Shown: positions 19,890 to 29,165, counted from the stretch's first letter. The stretch is 64,000 nucleotides of DNA from Minisyncoccota bacterium (GCA_035546035.1 DASZXC010000008.1:316265-380264), one strand, 5' to 3'. Translations and numbers: made by a program. The notes: generated from the sequence alone by a model not told the origin.

Positions 19890-19946
19890 ATGCCCAAAGG
19901 CAAATCCAGGCGCGGCAAAAAGCGCGCCAGTGGCAAGAAGCGTTAA
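19890..19946 (+). CDS. Candidate 18-aa highly basic micro-protein (MPKGKSRRGKKRASGKKR)
   Basis: An ATG ORF sits in the dus-hypothetical spacer and is followed immediately by a strong terminator hairpin. Its composition resembles small basic ribosomal proteins, with a weak resemblance to bTHX (GKGDRRTRRGK). There is no clear SD. Confidence 0.25.
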   Translation: MPKGKSRRGKKRASGKKR

Positions 19947-19966
19947 TCGACGCTCTATCCCGCAAG

Positions 19967-20005
19967 CCCCGGTCTCTCGCGAGAGACCGGGGCTTTCATT
20001 TCTCG
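19967..20005 (+). terminator. Rho-independent terminator
   Basis: CCCCGGTCTCTC-gc-GAGAGACCGGGG (12-bp stem) followed by CTTTCATTTCT. Confidence 0.65.
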
Positions 20006-20049
20006 ACAAATCAGGCGTCGGAGAGTAGGGTAAGGAAAGGAGGTACATC

Positions 20050-20442
20050 ATGAAAAACACACGTCAGATCGTCATCTATGGCATGGATGACGATTCGCAT
20101 CGCATGCTCGGCCGATCGCTCGGCCGCGGAAGCGAGTATGACACCACTCGCCTTATCGAAAACGAATCCTGTCTCGGATCGAGACGCGACGTCTGGAAAG
20201 CGACCGATATCGGCATCGGTCGGCTCGAGGAGATCGTCCGGAGCGCTCGGAAGAAGCGCTATAAGGTCGCTATCGCCGTCCGAAACGGCAATGGTCCCTA
20301 TCGCGAGCATATCGTCCCTGAAGACGAACCTGTCGCCGAAGAGCGAAAGCCTTCGGAAGCGAGCAGGGCTGAAGCGTCCCGGCTCCTCAAAAAAGCCGGG
20401 CGGATCAAAGCCCGGAAACAGGTTGCAATCAGCTCGAAATAA
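20050..20442 (+). CDS. Hypothetical protein (130 aa, basic C-terminus)
   Basis: Strong SD AAGGAAAGGAGG 6 nt upstream, and its own terminator at 20512-20545. Confidence 0.55.
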   Translation: MKNTRQIVIYGMDDDSHRMLGRSLGRGSEYDTTRLIENESCLGSRRDVWKATDIGIGRLEEIVRSARKKRYKVAIAVRNGNGPYREHIVPEDEPVAEERKPSEASRAEASRLLKKAGRIKARKQVAISSK

Positions 20443-20511
20443 GCATAGACTACAGAGGTTAGGTTTAGATAGGCTTGATAGTCTGTTTGTAGCTATAGGC
20501 TAATGGGTTTC

Positions 20512-20545
20512 GGGGGTGGGATATAGATTCCACCCCCTTTTTCTT
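20512..20545 (+). terminator. Rho-independent terminator
   Basis: GGGGGTGG-gatatagatt-CCACCCCC followed by TTTTTC. Confidence 0.7.
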
Positions 20546-20570
20546 TGCATCTATATTCGATCCTTGCGCT

Positions 20571-21566
20571 CTATATTTTCTTCGGCTTATAGTCTGCCGG
20601 CGCCTTCGAAAGCCATTCTTCCAGCTGCGCGCGATTCAGAAGCCCCTTCTGGGCGCCGATCTCCTGGACGCACGCGGCGGAATTGATGGGTGCCCAGAGG
20701 AGCGCTTCTTCGAGGCTCTTGCCCAGGACGAGGGCGACGGTGAGCGTCGAAGCGAATGCGTCGCCCGCGCCGGTCCGTTCGAACGGAGGCTTCGGGTCAG
20801 GATAGGGCGGCATGAAATACGCGTTCGTCCCGTCATCCGCGTATGCGCCCGCGGGCCCGTCGGTTATGACTGCGATCTTCGGTCCCAATCCGCGCACGAG
20901 CGCGAGCAATTTCTTGGCGTCTTTTTCCTGCGTCTTCAATATCCTCTGCGCCTCTTCCTTGTTGCAGAAGAAAATATCGGATCGCTTGTATATCTCGCCT
21001 AATTTTTCGACGCCGAGCGACATCTGAAACGTCCCCGGCTGGAATGCGACCTTCACGTCAGGGTGTTTTTTCAGCCATTCCATGATCTGAACGTGATAGT
21101 CATACGAATTTCCGCCGAGAGAGCTGATGTATATCCACTTCGGGTGGTCTATGTCCGGCAGTTTGTATGGATACTCCTGATGCTTCACCAGGATAGTGCG
21201 GTCGGCTTCGTACCAGAGGACGTAATGATAATTCGTCTCCATTCCTTTGTGCTGAGTGACGAAGCGCGAATCAACGGCGTCTTTTTTGAGCGATTGGAGG
21301 CATTCGATGCCGTTCAAATCGTTGCCCACGTCGGCGATGAGCGCCGATTTGAGCCCAAGCCGCGCCGCAGAGACGGCCGCATTGGCGGAATTGCCGACGG
21401 CGCGCACGACAGTCACTGATTCATAGGGGATCTTGTCGGCGAATTTCATGCAGAGCTCGCATGAATCGCGGTCTATCGAACAATTCACGTGCGCGTCCTT
21501 CAATCGGATGAAGGCGTCGGTGACGATATCGCCTATGGCGATAAACTCGTGATGCTTGGAGAACAT
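20571..21566 (-). CDS. PfkB-family carbohydrate kinase (ribokinase-like)
   Basis: C-terminal TGAGDAF anion-hole motif, GG dipeptide and N-terminal ...AIGDIVTDAF... Start taken at MFSKHHEF; the longer ORF extends into the divergent fba gene. Confidence 0.8.
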   Translation of the reverse strand: MFSKHHEFIAIGDIVTDAFIRLKDAHVNCSIDRDSCELCMKFADKIPYESVTVVRAVGNSANAAVSAARLGLKSALIADVGNDLNGIECLQSLKKDAVDSRFVTQHKGMETNYHYVLWYEADRTILVKHQEYPYKLPDIDHPKWIYISSLGGNSYDYHVQIMEWLKKHPDVKVAFQPGTFQMSLGVEKLGEIYKRSDIFFCNKEEAQRILKTQEKDAKKLLALVRGLGPKIAVITDGPAGAYADDGTNAYFMPPYPDPKPPFERTGAGDAFASTLTVALVLGKSLEEALLWAPINSAACVQEIGAQKGLLNRAQLEEWLSKAPADYKPKKI

Positions 21567-21612
21567 GCATACATTATATATCGGTCTTTCAGTTTTGGTA
21601 TACTTAATCCAT

Positions 21613-22518
21613 ATGAAAATCCCGCCCAAATCCCTTCGCGAATACGTGACGGACGCATTGTCACGAAAGGTCGCTATCGGCCATTTCAACATATCGAATC
21701 TCGAAGGCTTCTGGGCTGTCATCCGCGCGGCCAAAGAATTATCTTTGGCCGCGGGCCGCGATATTCCCGTCATCATCGGCGTATCCGAAGGCGAGCGGTC
21801 GTTCATGGGCGTCGAGCAGGTCCGAGCATTGGTAAACACCGCGGTCGCTTCGGGCCAGCCGGTGTTCTTGAATGCCGATCATACGTATTCTTTCGATAAG
21901 GTGGCCGAAGTCATAGACGCCGGATACGATTCGGTCATCTATGACGGGACCGAGCAGAGCTTTGACGACAACGTCGCTGCGACGAAGAAGTGCGCGGAAT
22001 ATCTCCGCGCCGCGGCAAAGAAATCGAAAAAAGACCTCGTTATCGAAGCCGAGCTCGGATTCATAGGGAAGTCGTCGAAGGTCCTAGCGGAAATCCCGGC
22101 GGGAGTGAAGATCACCGATGAATTTTTGACCAAGCCCGAGGAGGCGAAGAGGTTCGTCGAGCTCACAGGCGTGGATATGCTCGCTCCGGCGGTCGGGAAC
22201 ATACATGGCATGCTTTCGGGCGGCAAAGACCCCGATCTCAACATCGCGCGCATCAAAGAGATCGCCGATGCGGTCAAGATCCCTCTCGTTCTCCATGGCG
22301 GTTCAGGCAATTCAGCAGAAGATTTTGTCGCGGCGATAGATGCCGGGGTCGCCATTATTCATGTGAACACAGAGATCCGCGTCGCATTCCGCAAGGCGCT
22401 CAAAAAGGAATTAGAGGAAAACACCGATGAAGTCGCGCCCTACAAAATAATGAAAGCGCCGTTACAGGCCATGCAAGCCGTAGTGCTCGAGAAGCTCAAG
22501 ATCTTCAATAGGATATAA
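21613..22518 (+). CDS. fba: Class II ketose-bisphosphate aldolase (fructose/tagatose-bisphosphate aldolase family)
   Basis: ...VAIGHFNISNLE..., ...LNADHT... and HGGSG metal and phosphate-binding motifs. Start taken at MKIPPKS. Confidence 0.85.
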   Translation: MKIPPKSLREYVTDALSRKVAIGHFNISNLEGFWAVIRAAKELSLAAGRDIPVIIGVSEGERSFMGVEQVRALVNTAVASGQPVFLNADHTYSFDKVAEVIDAGYDSVIYDGTEQSFDDNVAATKKCAEYLRAAAKKSKKDLVIEAELGFIGKSSKVLAEIPAGVKITDEFLTKPEEAKRFVELTGVDMLAPAVGNIHGMLSGGKDPDLNIARIKEIADAVKIPLVLHGGSGNSAEDFVAAIDAGVAIIHVNTEIRVAFRKALKKELEENTDEVAPYKIMKAPLQAMQAVVLEKLKIFNRI

Positions 22519-22576
22519 GGCATACTAAAAATCGCCCCGCCAGGCCCTGGGGCGATTTTTAGTATGCCTTATATCC
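22511..22576. terminator. Perfect 28-bp-arm palindrome acting as a bidirectional terminator for convergent genes
   Basis: GGATATAAGGCATACTAAAAATCGCCCC-gccaggccct-GGGGCGATTTTTAGTATGCCTTATATCC. Both stop codons (fba TAA, minus-gene TAG) lie inside the arms. Confidence 0.7.
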
Positions 22577-23412
22577 TATTGGATAACCTGCGCGCTCGTG
22601 ACTTGCAGGATCCCTGCGATATCGTAGCGCTGCCAGAAATTGCTGTTAAGCATTTCAACGGGCGTCAGGGCGCCGGTCACGCGCACGCGCGTTGCGCTAT
22701 TTATAGCGTCCACCGTTCCCGTGGCTGAAAGGAGGGACGTATCGAGACCGTAGTTCTTGCCGTCATCGGCCTTGATCCCGAATGCGCATTCCAATGTCTG
22801 CGGTCCGGTCGTGTCTTTGTGGGGCAGGCATATGCGGTTGCCCGTGATCGTCACGCGCTGGGGCAAATTGGAATACGCGCCCCTCGTTATATTCGTGATA
22901 CGCCATGACGCGTCGCGCTTTTCGAGAGTGAGAGTCACCGGATAGGCCGCCGCGACGTCATTCGGATCCGTCGTCGTTACCTCGACGACGTTGCCCTGGA
23001 CCGTGTAGCTTCCGTCCGTATTCGCGCTGACGCTCACGATGCCGATGCTTTCAGGCCACGGGTTCGACGTCATGCGGCCGATCGCTTTCGAGGGGCTCGC
23101 TTTCCATTGCTGGAGAAGCTCCGGCGAGATGAGCGAGCCGTAATTCGCGTCGAATGCCGCGGCCGCGGTCGTCGTCGGCGCGAGGATCGAGACGTTCCTC
23201 ATGGCTTTGCCGAAGGCGCTCACGACTGCCTCGACGGTGCCCTGGTCGCCGCTTGAAACGGATCCGCCGGGATTGCCGATCGGGCTTTGGATGCCGCCCT
23301 CGCCGCCGTTCTGATCGACCGGAACTTCAGCATACGGAACTCTCGTCATGTAATAGGCTGCAGCCGCGATAATGATAAGCACTACCGATATCCATACGTA
23401 TTTCTTGTTCAT
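22576..23412 (-). CDS. Hypothetical membrane-anchored extracytoplasmic protein (278 aa, Gly/Ser/Thr-rich)
   Basis: N-terminal TM segment (VWISVVLIIIAAAAYY) followed by a low-complexity linker and a soluble domain. Confidence 0.5.
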   Translation of the reverse strand: MNKKYVWISVVLIIIAAAAYYMTRVPYAEVPVDQNGGEGGIQSPIGNPGGSVSSGDQGTVEAVVSAFGKAMRNVSILAPTTTAAAAFDANYGSLISPELLQQWKASPSKAIGRMTSNPWPESIGIVSVSANTDGSYTVQGNVVEVTTTDPNDVAAAYPVTLTLEKRDASWRITNITRGAYSNLPQRVTITGNRICLPHKDTTGPQTLECAFGIKADDGKNYGLDTSLLSATGTVDAINSATRVRVTGALTPVEMLNSNFWQRYDIAGILQVTSAQVIQ

Positions 23413-23478
23413 AATCTTGGTTTATACATACATAATACGATGAAAGCGCCATAAATATTCATGTTAGAATAAGTAAAT

Positions 23479-25182
23479 ATGGATTCCATTTCGGCTCTCA
23501 AAAACTATCTTAAGGACGCTTTCAGGGGCGACATAGACGATTCGGAAGCGACTCTGGCGAATATGAGCCATGATGCGAGCCTCCTCGAAGTGAAGCCGAA
23601 GATCGTCCTCTATCCGAAAGATTCGAAAGACATCCAAGCCGTCGTCAATTTCGTCCGCATCAATAAATCCGCGTACCCCGATCTTTCGGTCACGGTCCGA
23701 TCGGCCGGCACCGACATGTCAGGCGGCCCTCTGAACGATTCTATCATCCTCGACGTCGCGCGATACATAAAAGGGATCATTGAGATCAAGAAAACAGGCC
23801 AAGTCGCCGACGCGGGCGGCTTGGCCACTATCCTTCCGGGAACTTTCTATCGCGATTTCGAGCCGGAGGCGGCGAAGCTCGGCCTCGTGCTCCCGTGCTA
23901 TACGGCTTCGAAGAACCTGAATACCCTCGGCGGTATGATAGGGAATAATTCCGCGGGAGAGAAAACACTCCGTTACGGCAAGATGGAGAATTTCATCGTC
24001 TCTTTGGACGTCGTCCTTCCCGACGGCAATGAATATACTCTAAGGCCTTTGGGCAAAGAAGAATTCAGGCTGAAACTGTCGCAAGAAGACGCTGAAGGCG
24101 AGCTGTATCGCAAGGTTTGGGACATCGTCTCGCAAAACAAAGGCCTGCTCGCATTCGCAAAGCCGAAGGTCAGCAAAAATTCTGCCGGATATTATCTCTG
24201 GAATGTTTGGGATGAAGCGTCGCAGACGTTCGACCTGACGAAACTGATCGTCGGTTCGCAGGGAACGCTCGGCATCGTGACCCGGGCGACCATCAGACTG
24301 GTCCCGATAAAGCCTTTATCCAAATTGTTCGTCGTCTTCATGCCGACGCTCGACAGGCTCGGCGATATCGTCCGCGATATCGCCGCATTCAAGCCGGAAA
24401 GCTTCGAATCGTACGACGACAGTACCATGGCTTTGGCCGTGAAATTCATGCCGGACATGATCCGTACCATGCGTCTCCATAATTTCGCGCGGCTTGTCTG
24501 GAGCTTCAGGCCTGAAGCATGGATGGCGCTCTCGGGCGGCTTCCCGAAGCTCGTGCTCCTCGTCGAATTCTCGGGCGATACGGAAAAAGAAGTAGACGAC
24601 CGCATGACGGTGCTCGAGGATAAGATCGGCCATTACGGGTTCAAGATGCGCCGCGCCAAGAACGAATTCGATTCCGAAAAATATTGGACTATCAGGCGCG
24701 AGAGCTTCAACCTCTTGCGCAAGCATTCGCGGGGACGCCGCACCGCGCCGTTCGTGGACGACATCATCGTGCCTCCGGAAACCATGCCCGATTTCTTGCC
24801 GAAGATGCGCAAGATCCTCGACGACTACAAGCTGCTCTATACTATCGCCGGGCATGCGGGCAACGGCAATTTCCATATCATTCCCCTGATGGACATGCAT
24901 GACCGCGCGAACATACAGGCGATCGACGAGGTTTCCGACAAGGTCTACGACCTCGTGCTCTCATATCGAGGCTCGATCACGGCTGAGCATAACGACGGCA
25001 TCATCCGGACGCCCTATCTCGCCAAGCAGTTCGGTTCGGAGGTCGTCGCGCTCTTCGAAAAGACCAAGGACGCATTCGATCCCCAGCATATATTCAATCC
25101 AGGCAAAAAGGTTGTAGCCGGCACTGCGCATGACGCGCCCGGCACCAAGGAATACATGATCAGCCGCCTCGCGCGCGAATAG
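23479..25182 (+). CDS. FAD-binding oxidoreductase (FAD_binding_4 / GlcD-D-lactate dehydrogenase-like)
   Basis: PCMH-type FAD-binding N-terminus (...RSAGTDMSGGPL...) and a C-terminal FAD-linked oxidase domain. Confidence 0.75.
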   Translation: MDSISALKNYLKDAFRGDIDDSEATLANMSHDASLLEVKPKIVLYPKDSKDIQAVVNFVRINKSAYPDLSVTVRSAGTDMSGGPLNDSIILDVARYIKGIIEIKKTGQVADAGGLATILPGTFYRDFEPEAAKLGLVLPCYTASKNLNTLGGMIGNNSAGEKTLRYGKMENFIVSLDVVLPDGNEYTLRPLGKEEFRLKLSQEDAEGELYRKVWDIVSQNKGLLAFAKPKVSKNSAGYYLWNVWDEASQTFDLTKLIVGSQGTLGIVTRATIRLVPIKPLSKLFVVFMPTLDRLGDIVRDIAAFKPESFESYDDSTMALAVKFMPDMIRTMRLHNFARLVWSFRPEAWMALSGGFPKLVLLVEFSGDTEKEVDDRMTVLEDKIGHYGFKMRRAKNEFDSEKYWTIRRESFNLLRKHSRGRRTAPFVDDIIVPPETMPDFLPKMRKILDDYKLLYTIAGHAGNGNFHIIPLMDMHDRANIQAIDEVSDKVYDLVLSYRGSITAEHNDGIIRTPYLAKQFGSEVVALFEKTKDAFDPQHIFNPGKKVVAGTAHDAPGTKEYMISRLARE

Positions 25183-25190
25183 GAGAGTGG

Positions 25191-25196
25191 TATAAT
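25191..25196 (+). promoter_or_regulatory. -10 box (TATAAT) 6 nt upstream of the ATG at 25203, implying a leaderless transcript
   Basis: GGTATAATGGCCGT-ATG. Confidence 0.35.
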
Positions 25197-25202
25197 GGCC
25201 GT

Positions 25203-25388
25203 ATGCCAGTCGAATTCGAAGAGAATAATTTCGAGATGAAGCGGAATTTCTATTCCGAACCGGCGCCTAAATTCGCCTCATGGCTCATATCGCATCATTT
25301 GGCCAAAGATGTCGCCGGCGCTAACAAGCTCCAGGTGTTCGCGGCCTGCCTATTCTTCGCTCTCGCCATATATTTCGCCTTCTTTTGA
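25203..25388 (+). CDS. Small hypothetical protein (61 aa) with hydrophobic C-terminus
   Basis: ORF directly behind a TATAAT box. Coding status is uncertain. Confidence 0.3.
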   Translation: MPVEFEENNFEMKRNFYSEPAPKFASWLISHHLAKDVAGANKLQVFAACLFFALAIYFAFF

Positions 25389-25421
25389 CATTTAGAGGCC
25401 TTTGTATATACTAGGAACCCT

Positions 25422-26108
25422 ATGGCAATAACCCTCAAAGTAGAGAAAAGGGACGCGAAAGCCGACCTGGCAAAGCTCCGCAAGGCAGGCAAGGTCCCTG
25501 CCGTCTTTTACGGCAAGAAGGAGGCTTCGACCCCTATTTCGATCGCGTCCGTCGATTTCATAAAGGCATACCGCCAGGCCGGCGAATCCACTGTCGTCAT
25601 ACTCCAGGGCGACGGCATCGAAGTCGAGTCCCTCATTCATGACATCGACCTCCATCCGGTGACCAATAAGCCTCTCCATGCCGACTTCTACGTCTTCGAA
25701 AAGGGCAAGAAGATCAAGGTTGACGTTCCTCTCGAATTCGTCGGAACGGCCCCTGCGATCAAGGAGCTCGGAGGCTCTCTCATCAAGGTCCTCCACGATA
25801 TCGAGATCGAGGCTCTCCCTAAGGATCTTCCTCATAAGATCGAGGTAGACATCGCAGGCCTCGTAGACTTCGGATCGACCATCAAGGCGGGCGACATCAA
25901 GCTCCCTGCGGGCGTAGAGCTCGCCATCAAGGCTGACGACGTCGTCGCATCGGCCGCGGCTCCTAAGGCCGAGGAAGAAGAGCCGACGGCCCCTGTCGAC
26001 CTCGACGCTATCGAAGTCGAGAAGAAGGGCAAGGAAGCCAAGGAAGGCGCCGAAGGCGCAGAGGCTCCTGCAGACGACAAGGCAGACAAGAAGGAAGCGA
26101 AGAAATAA
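25422..26108 (+). CDS. rplY: 50S ribosomal protein L25 / general stress protein Ctc
   Basis: MAITLKVEKRD...PAVFYGK...HDIDLHPV..., with an acidic, Lys-rich C-terminal tail. Confidence 0.9.
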   Translation: MAITLKVEKRDAKADLAKLRKAGKVPAVFYGKKEASTPISIASVDFIKAYRQAGESTVVILQGDGIEVESLIHDIDLHPVTNKPLHADFYVFEKGKKIKVDVPLEFVGTAPAIKELGGSLIKVLHDIEIEALPKDLPHKIEVDIAGLVDFGSTIKAGDIKLPAGVELAIKADDVVASAAAPKAEEEEPTAPVDLDAIEVEKKGKEAKEGAEGAEAPADDKADKKEAKK

Positions 26109-26111
26109 TAC

Positions 26112-26138
26112 GAAAAACGCCCGATTGGGCGTTTTTTA
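26112..26138 (+). terminator. Rho-independent terminator after rplY
   Basis: AAAAACGCCC-gatt-GGGCGTTTTTT. Confidence 0.7.
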
Positions 26139-26184
26139 TAGCCCCCGATGCGGAGCCAGGGCGCGGGTGCGGTATAATAATTGC

Positions 26185-27576
26185 ATGAACCGGCTTCTGC
26201 TCACGCCTTTTCTCGTCCTCTCGCTCGTCGCGACTTCTCTCTTCGTGCCTTTCTTTGCGTTCGCCCAGAGCATCTCTGATGCCGCGGATGCCCGCCAGAG
26301 CGACCTTCAGGCCCAGCTCGATCAGGCGAAAAAAGAGCTCGACGCCCTGAACGCGCAGAGCTCGCAGATCAAGAGCCAGAAAGCGTCCATCGAGCGCGAC
26401 ATATCGCTCCTCGACGTTCAGATAAAGGCTGCTGAAGCGCAGATAAAGGTGAAGAATCTCACCATCAGCCGCCTCGCGACGGATATCGGCGCCAAACAGA
26501 CGACCATTAACGACCTCGAGGGAAAGCTCGAGCGCAGCGCCGAATCGCTCGGGAACCTCCTGCGCCAGACGAACGAGAACGATTCCGTCTCGATCCCGAC
26601 GATCCTCCTCGGCCAAAAGAGCTTTTCGTCGTTCTTCCAGGAAGTAGACACGTTCCAGACGGTCAAAGAAGCCCTGAACGCCTCGATGGAAGACGTGAAG
26701 GCGTATAAAGGCCAGACCGAAGACGAGAAGGCGGACCTCGAAGACAAGAAGAACCAGGAGACGAACGCGCGCGAGGATATCCTGGCCCAGCAGCGCGTTA
26801 TCGAGCGCGCCAAGTCGGATAAGAACCAGATCCTGACCACGACCAAGGGCCAGGAAGCGGCATATGCGAAGCTGATCGCCCAAAAGGAGCAGAAGATAGC
26901 GCAGATCTCGACGGCGCTCTTCGCGCTCCGCGATTCCGACGGCATCCAGTTCGGCAAAGCCCTCGAATACGCGACGATCGCGTCCCAGAAGACCGGCGTC
27001 CGTCCGGCATTCATCCTGGCTATCTTGACGCAGGAGACCGATTTGGGTAAAAACCTCGGCTCGTGCTACCTGCGCGATTACGATACGGGCGAAGGCGTGT
27101 CCGTGACCACGGGCGCGGCAAAGCCCCGCACCATGTCGCCGACGCGCGACGTCCAGCCGTTCCTCCGCATCACTCGCGAGCTCGGGCTCAATCCGCAATC
27201 CCAGCGCGTATCGTGCTGGATAGCGATGTATTCGAAAGGCCAGCCGACCGGATGGGGGGGTGCCATGGGTCCGGCGCAGTTCATCCCTTCGACCTGGGAT
27301 CTCTTCGACGATCGCATCGAAAAGGCCCTCGGCGTCGGCATAGCCAACCCGTGGGATCCCGAGCATGCGATCCTCGCATCGTCGCTCTATCTTTCGGACC
27401 TGGGCGCGGGCCTTCAGACCTATACCGCCGAAAAAGACGCGGCGTGCAAATATTATTCGGGTAAAAAGTGCAGCGCCGGCACGGGCGCGTCGTATGGCGC
27501 ATCCGTCATGGCTAAAGCCGAGAATATCCAGGAATGCATGATCGACCCGATATTGGGTAAGTCGAGCGGTTGTTAA
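26185..27576 (+). CDS. Secreted coiled-coil protein with C-terminal lytic transglycosylase (MltB/SLT-2-like) domain
   Basis: Signal peptide (LLLTPFLVLSLVATSLFVPFFAFA), about 200 aa of coiled coil, then ...AILTQETDLG...GAMGPAQFIPSTW... which is typical of MltB-family transglycosylases. The ATG lies 6 nt after TATAAT (26173-26178), so the transcript is leaderless. Confidence 0.6.
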   Translation: MNRLLLTPFLVLSLVATSLFVPFFAFAQSISDAADARQSDLQAQLDQAKKELDALNAQSSQIKSQKASIERDISLLDVQIKAAEAQIKVKNLTISRLATDIGAKQTTINDLEGKLERSAESLGNLLRQTNENDSVSIPTILLGQKSFSSFFQEVDTFQTVKEALNASMEDVKAYKGQTEDEKADLEDKKNQETNAREDILAQQRVIERAKSDKNQILTTTKGQEAAYAKLIAQKEQKIAQISTALFALRDSDGIQFGKALEYATIASQKTGVRPAFILAILTQETDLGKNLGSCYLRDYDTGEGVSVTTGAAKPRTMSPTRDVQPFLRITRELGLNPQSQRVSCWIAMYSKGQPTGWGGAMGPAQFIPSTWDLFDDRIEKALGVGIANPWDPEHAILASSLYLSDLGAGLQTYTAEKDAACKYYSGKKCSAGTGASYGASVMAKAENIQECMIDPILGKSSGC

Positions 27577-27585
27577 TAAAATCAT

Positions 27586-27813
27586 ATGAAAAAGACGCTT
27601 ATCGTAGTCATCGTCATCGCTGTCGTCGTAGTTATCTGGCCAAAGCCGTTCACCTCGTCGCCAGGATTCGTATCGGCTGAAACGTATGCCCAATTCGAGG
27701 CAACCAAGCCGACCTGCTACGGCTACACCTATTTGACGAACAGGGAAGCGACGTTCGCGGATGCCCCGGGAAGGAGCCTTTGTTTCGGCATTCTGACAGG
27801 CTCCCAGAAATAG
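27586..27813 (+). CDS. Small exported hypothetical protein (75 aa, 3 Cys)
   Basis: N-terminal hydrophobic segment. It lies 10 nt after the preceding gene. Confidence 0.4.
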   Translation: MKKTLIVVIVIAVVVVIWPKPFTSSPGFVSAETYAQFEATKPTCYGYTYLTNREATFADAPGRSLCFGILTGSQK

Positions 27814-27869
27814 GCTAAAAGCGGCCCTCCTTGCGTTTATACGGCTTATGGGCTATAGTTTGCCTCTCT

Positions 27870-28133
27870 ATGAAGAAAGAAATCCACGCGAAAAACTACC
27901 GCCCGGTCATATTCCTCGACAACTCGTCGAAGGCCCGCTTTTTGATCAATTCCGTCGTTTCCACGAAGGAAACCGACAAGTGGGAGGACGGCAAGGAATA
28001 TCCTCTCTATCACGTTGAAATCTCTTCGGCGTCGCATCCGTTCTATACCGGTAACGAGACCGTCATAGACACCGCAGGTCGCGTCGAGAAGTTCAAGGCT
28101 CGCCAGGCGAAGACGAAGACCAAGAAGGCGTAA
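27870..28133 (+). CDS. rpmE: 50S ribosomal protein L31, type B (no CxxC)
   Basis: [28 protein letters not shown]...[18 protein letters not shown]. Confidence 0.85.
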   Translation: MKKEIHAKNYRPVIFLDNSSKARFLINSVVSTKETDKWEDGKEYPLYHVEISSASHPFYTGNETVIDTAGRVEKFKARQAKTKTKKA

Positions 28134-28134
28134 C

Positions 28135-28164
28135 GGAAAAGGCGGGATCGAATCCCGCCTTTTG
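28135..28164 (+). terminator. Rho-independent terminator after rpmE
   Basis: GGAAAA-GGCGGGA-tcgaa-TCCCGCC-TTTTG. Confidence 0.7.
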
Positions 28165-28181
28165 CCTGTATACTTATCCCA

Positions 28182-29165
28182 ATGGACATAGCGAAGTATA
28201 AAAAGAACCATAAGACCTCGTACCTGGCGGACATGTACGAAAAGCTCGACAAGGACGAGACCGACCTGAAGGCGCTCATGGCGTCGGACGCGTCTATGGC
28301 TGATATGGGCAAAGCCGACCTCGAATCCATCGACGCGCAGAAGAAAGACATCGTGAGGCAGGTCGAAGCCATCGAGGCCGCTGAAAAGGAAGAAGAGCAG
28401 TTCCCGAACGAACTCATCATGGAGATCCGCGCAGGCGCCGGCGGCGACGAATCGGCGCTTTTCGCCGAAGAATTGGCGAATATGTATCGCGCGTATGCCG
28501 CAGAACAGGGCTGGCAGGTGACGATGCTCGACGAATCGCGCTCAGACGTCGGCGGGTACAAAGAAGTCTCCATGGAGATCCACGGCCAGGATATATATAA
28601 GAAGCTCCGCTATGAGACCGGCGTGCACCGCGTCCAACGCGTGCCGGAGACCGAAAAAATGGGCCGCGTCCATACGTCCACCGTCTCTATAGCCATTCTC
28701 CCGATCCGCAAGCACACGAGCGTGGACATCAATCCCGCCGACATCGAAATGGAATTCTCGCGCGCGGGCGGCAAAGGCGGCCAGAACGTCAACAAGGTCG
28801 AGACGGCCGTGCGCCTGTTCCACAAGCCTACCGGCCTCGCCGTGCGCGTGACCGCCGAGCGTAGCCAGTCCAAGAACCGCGAGCGCGCCATGGTCATGCT
28901 CACCGCCATGCTCCAGCAGAAAAAAGACGAGGACGAGGCGGCGAAATTCGCCGCGAACAAGAAGGGTCAGCTCGGCACCGGCAGCAGGTCCGAGAAGATC
29001 CGCACGTATAATTTCCCACAGGATCGCATCACCGATCACCGCATCAGGCAGAGCTGGCACAACATAGAAACTATTCTTTCGGGCGAGAAGCTCGGCGATA
29101 TCATCGATACCCTGGCTAACTTCACGGGAGAAGTGGCGGAGGGCGGGGCGGACGACGAGGAATAG
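28182..29165 (+). CDS. prfA: Peptide chain release factor 1
   Basis: GGQ motif ([19 protein letters not shown]) and a PET tripeptide of the RF1 PxT type ([18 protein letters not shown]). Confidence 0.85.
   Translation: MDIAKYKKNHKTSYLADMYEKLDKDETDLKALMASDASMADMGKADLESIDAQKKDIVRQVEAIEAAEKEEEQFPNELIMEIRAGAGGDESALFAEELANMYRAYAAEQGWQVTMLDESRSDVGGYKEVSMEIHGQDIYKKLRYETGVHRVQRVPETEKMGRVHTSTVSIAILPIRKHTSVDINPADIEMEFSRAGGKGGQNVNKVETAVRLFHKPTGLAVRVTAERSQSKNRERAMVMLTAMLQQKKDEDEAAKFAANKKGQLGTGSRSEKIRTYNFPQDRITDHRIRQSWHNIETILSGEKLGDIIDTLANFTGEVAEGGADDEE

Noticed and set aside
28182-29165. Possible stop-codon reassignment (RF1 only, as in some CPR lineages)
   Set aside because: TGA clearly terminates several well-conserved genes here (the rarA stop at 10743-10745, the GT2 stop at 4674-4676, and the stop of the 46525 ORF). 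The standard code applies; RF2 is probably just outside the window.
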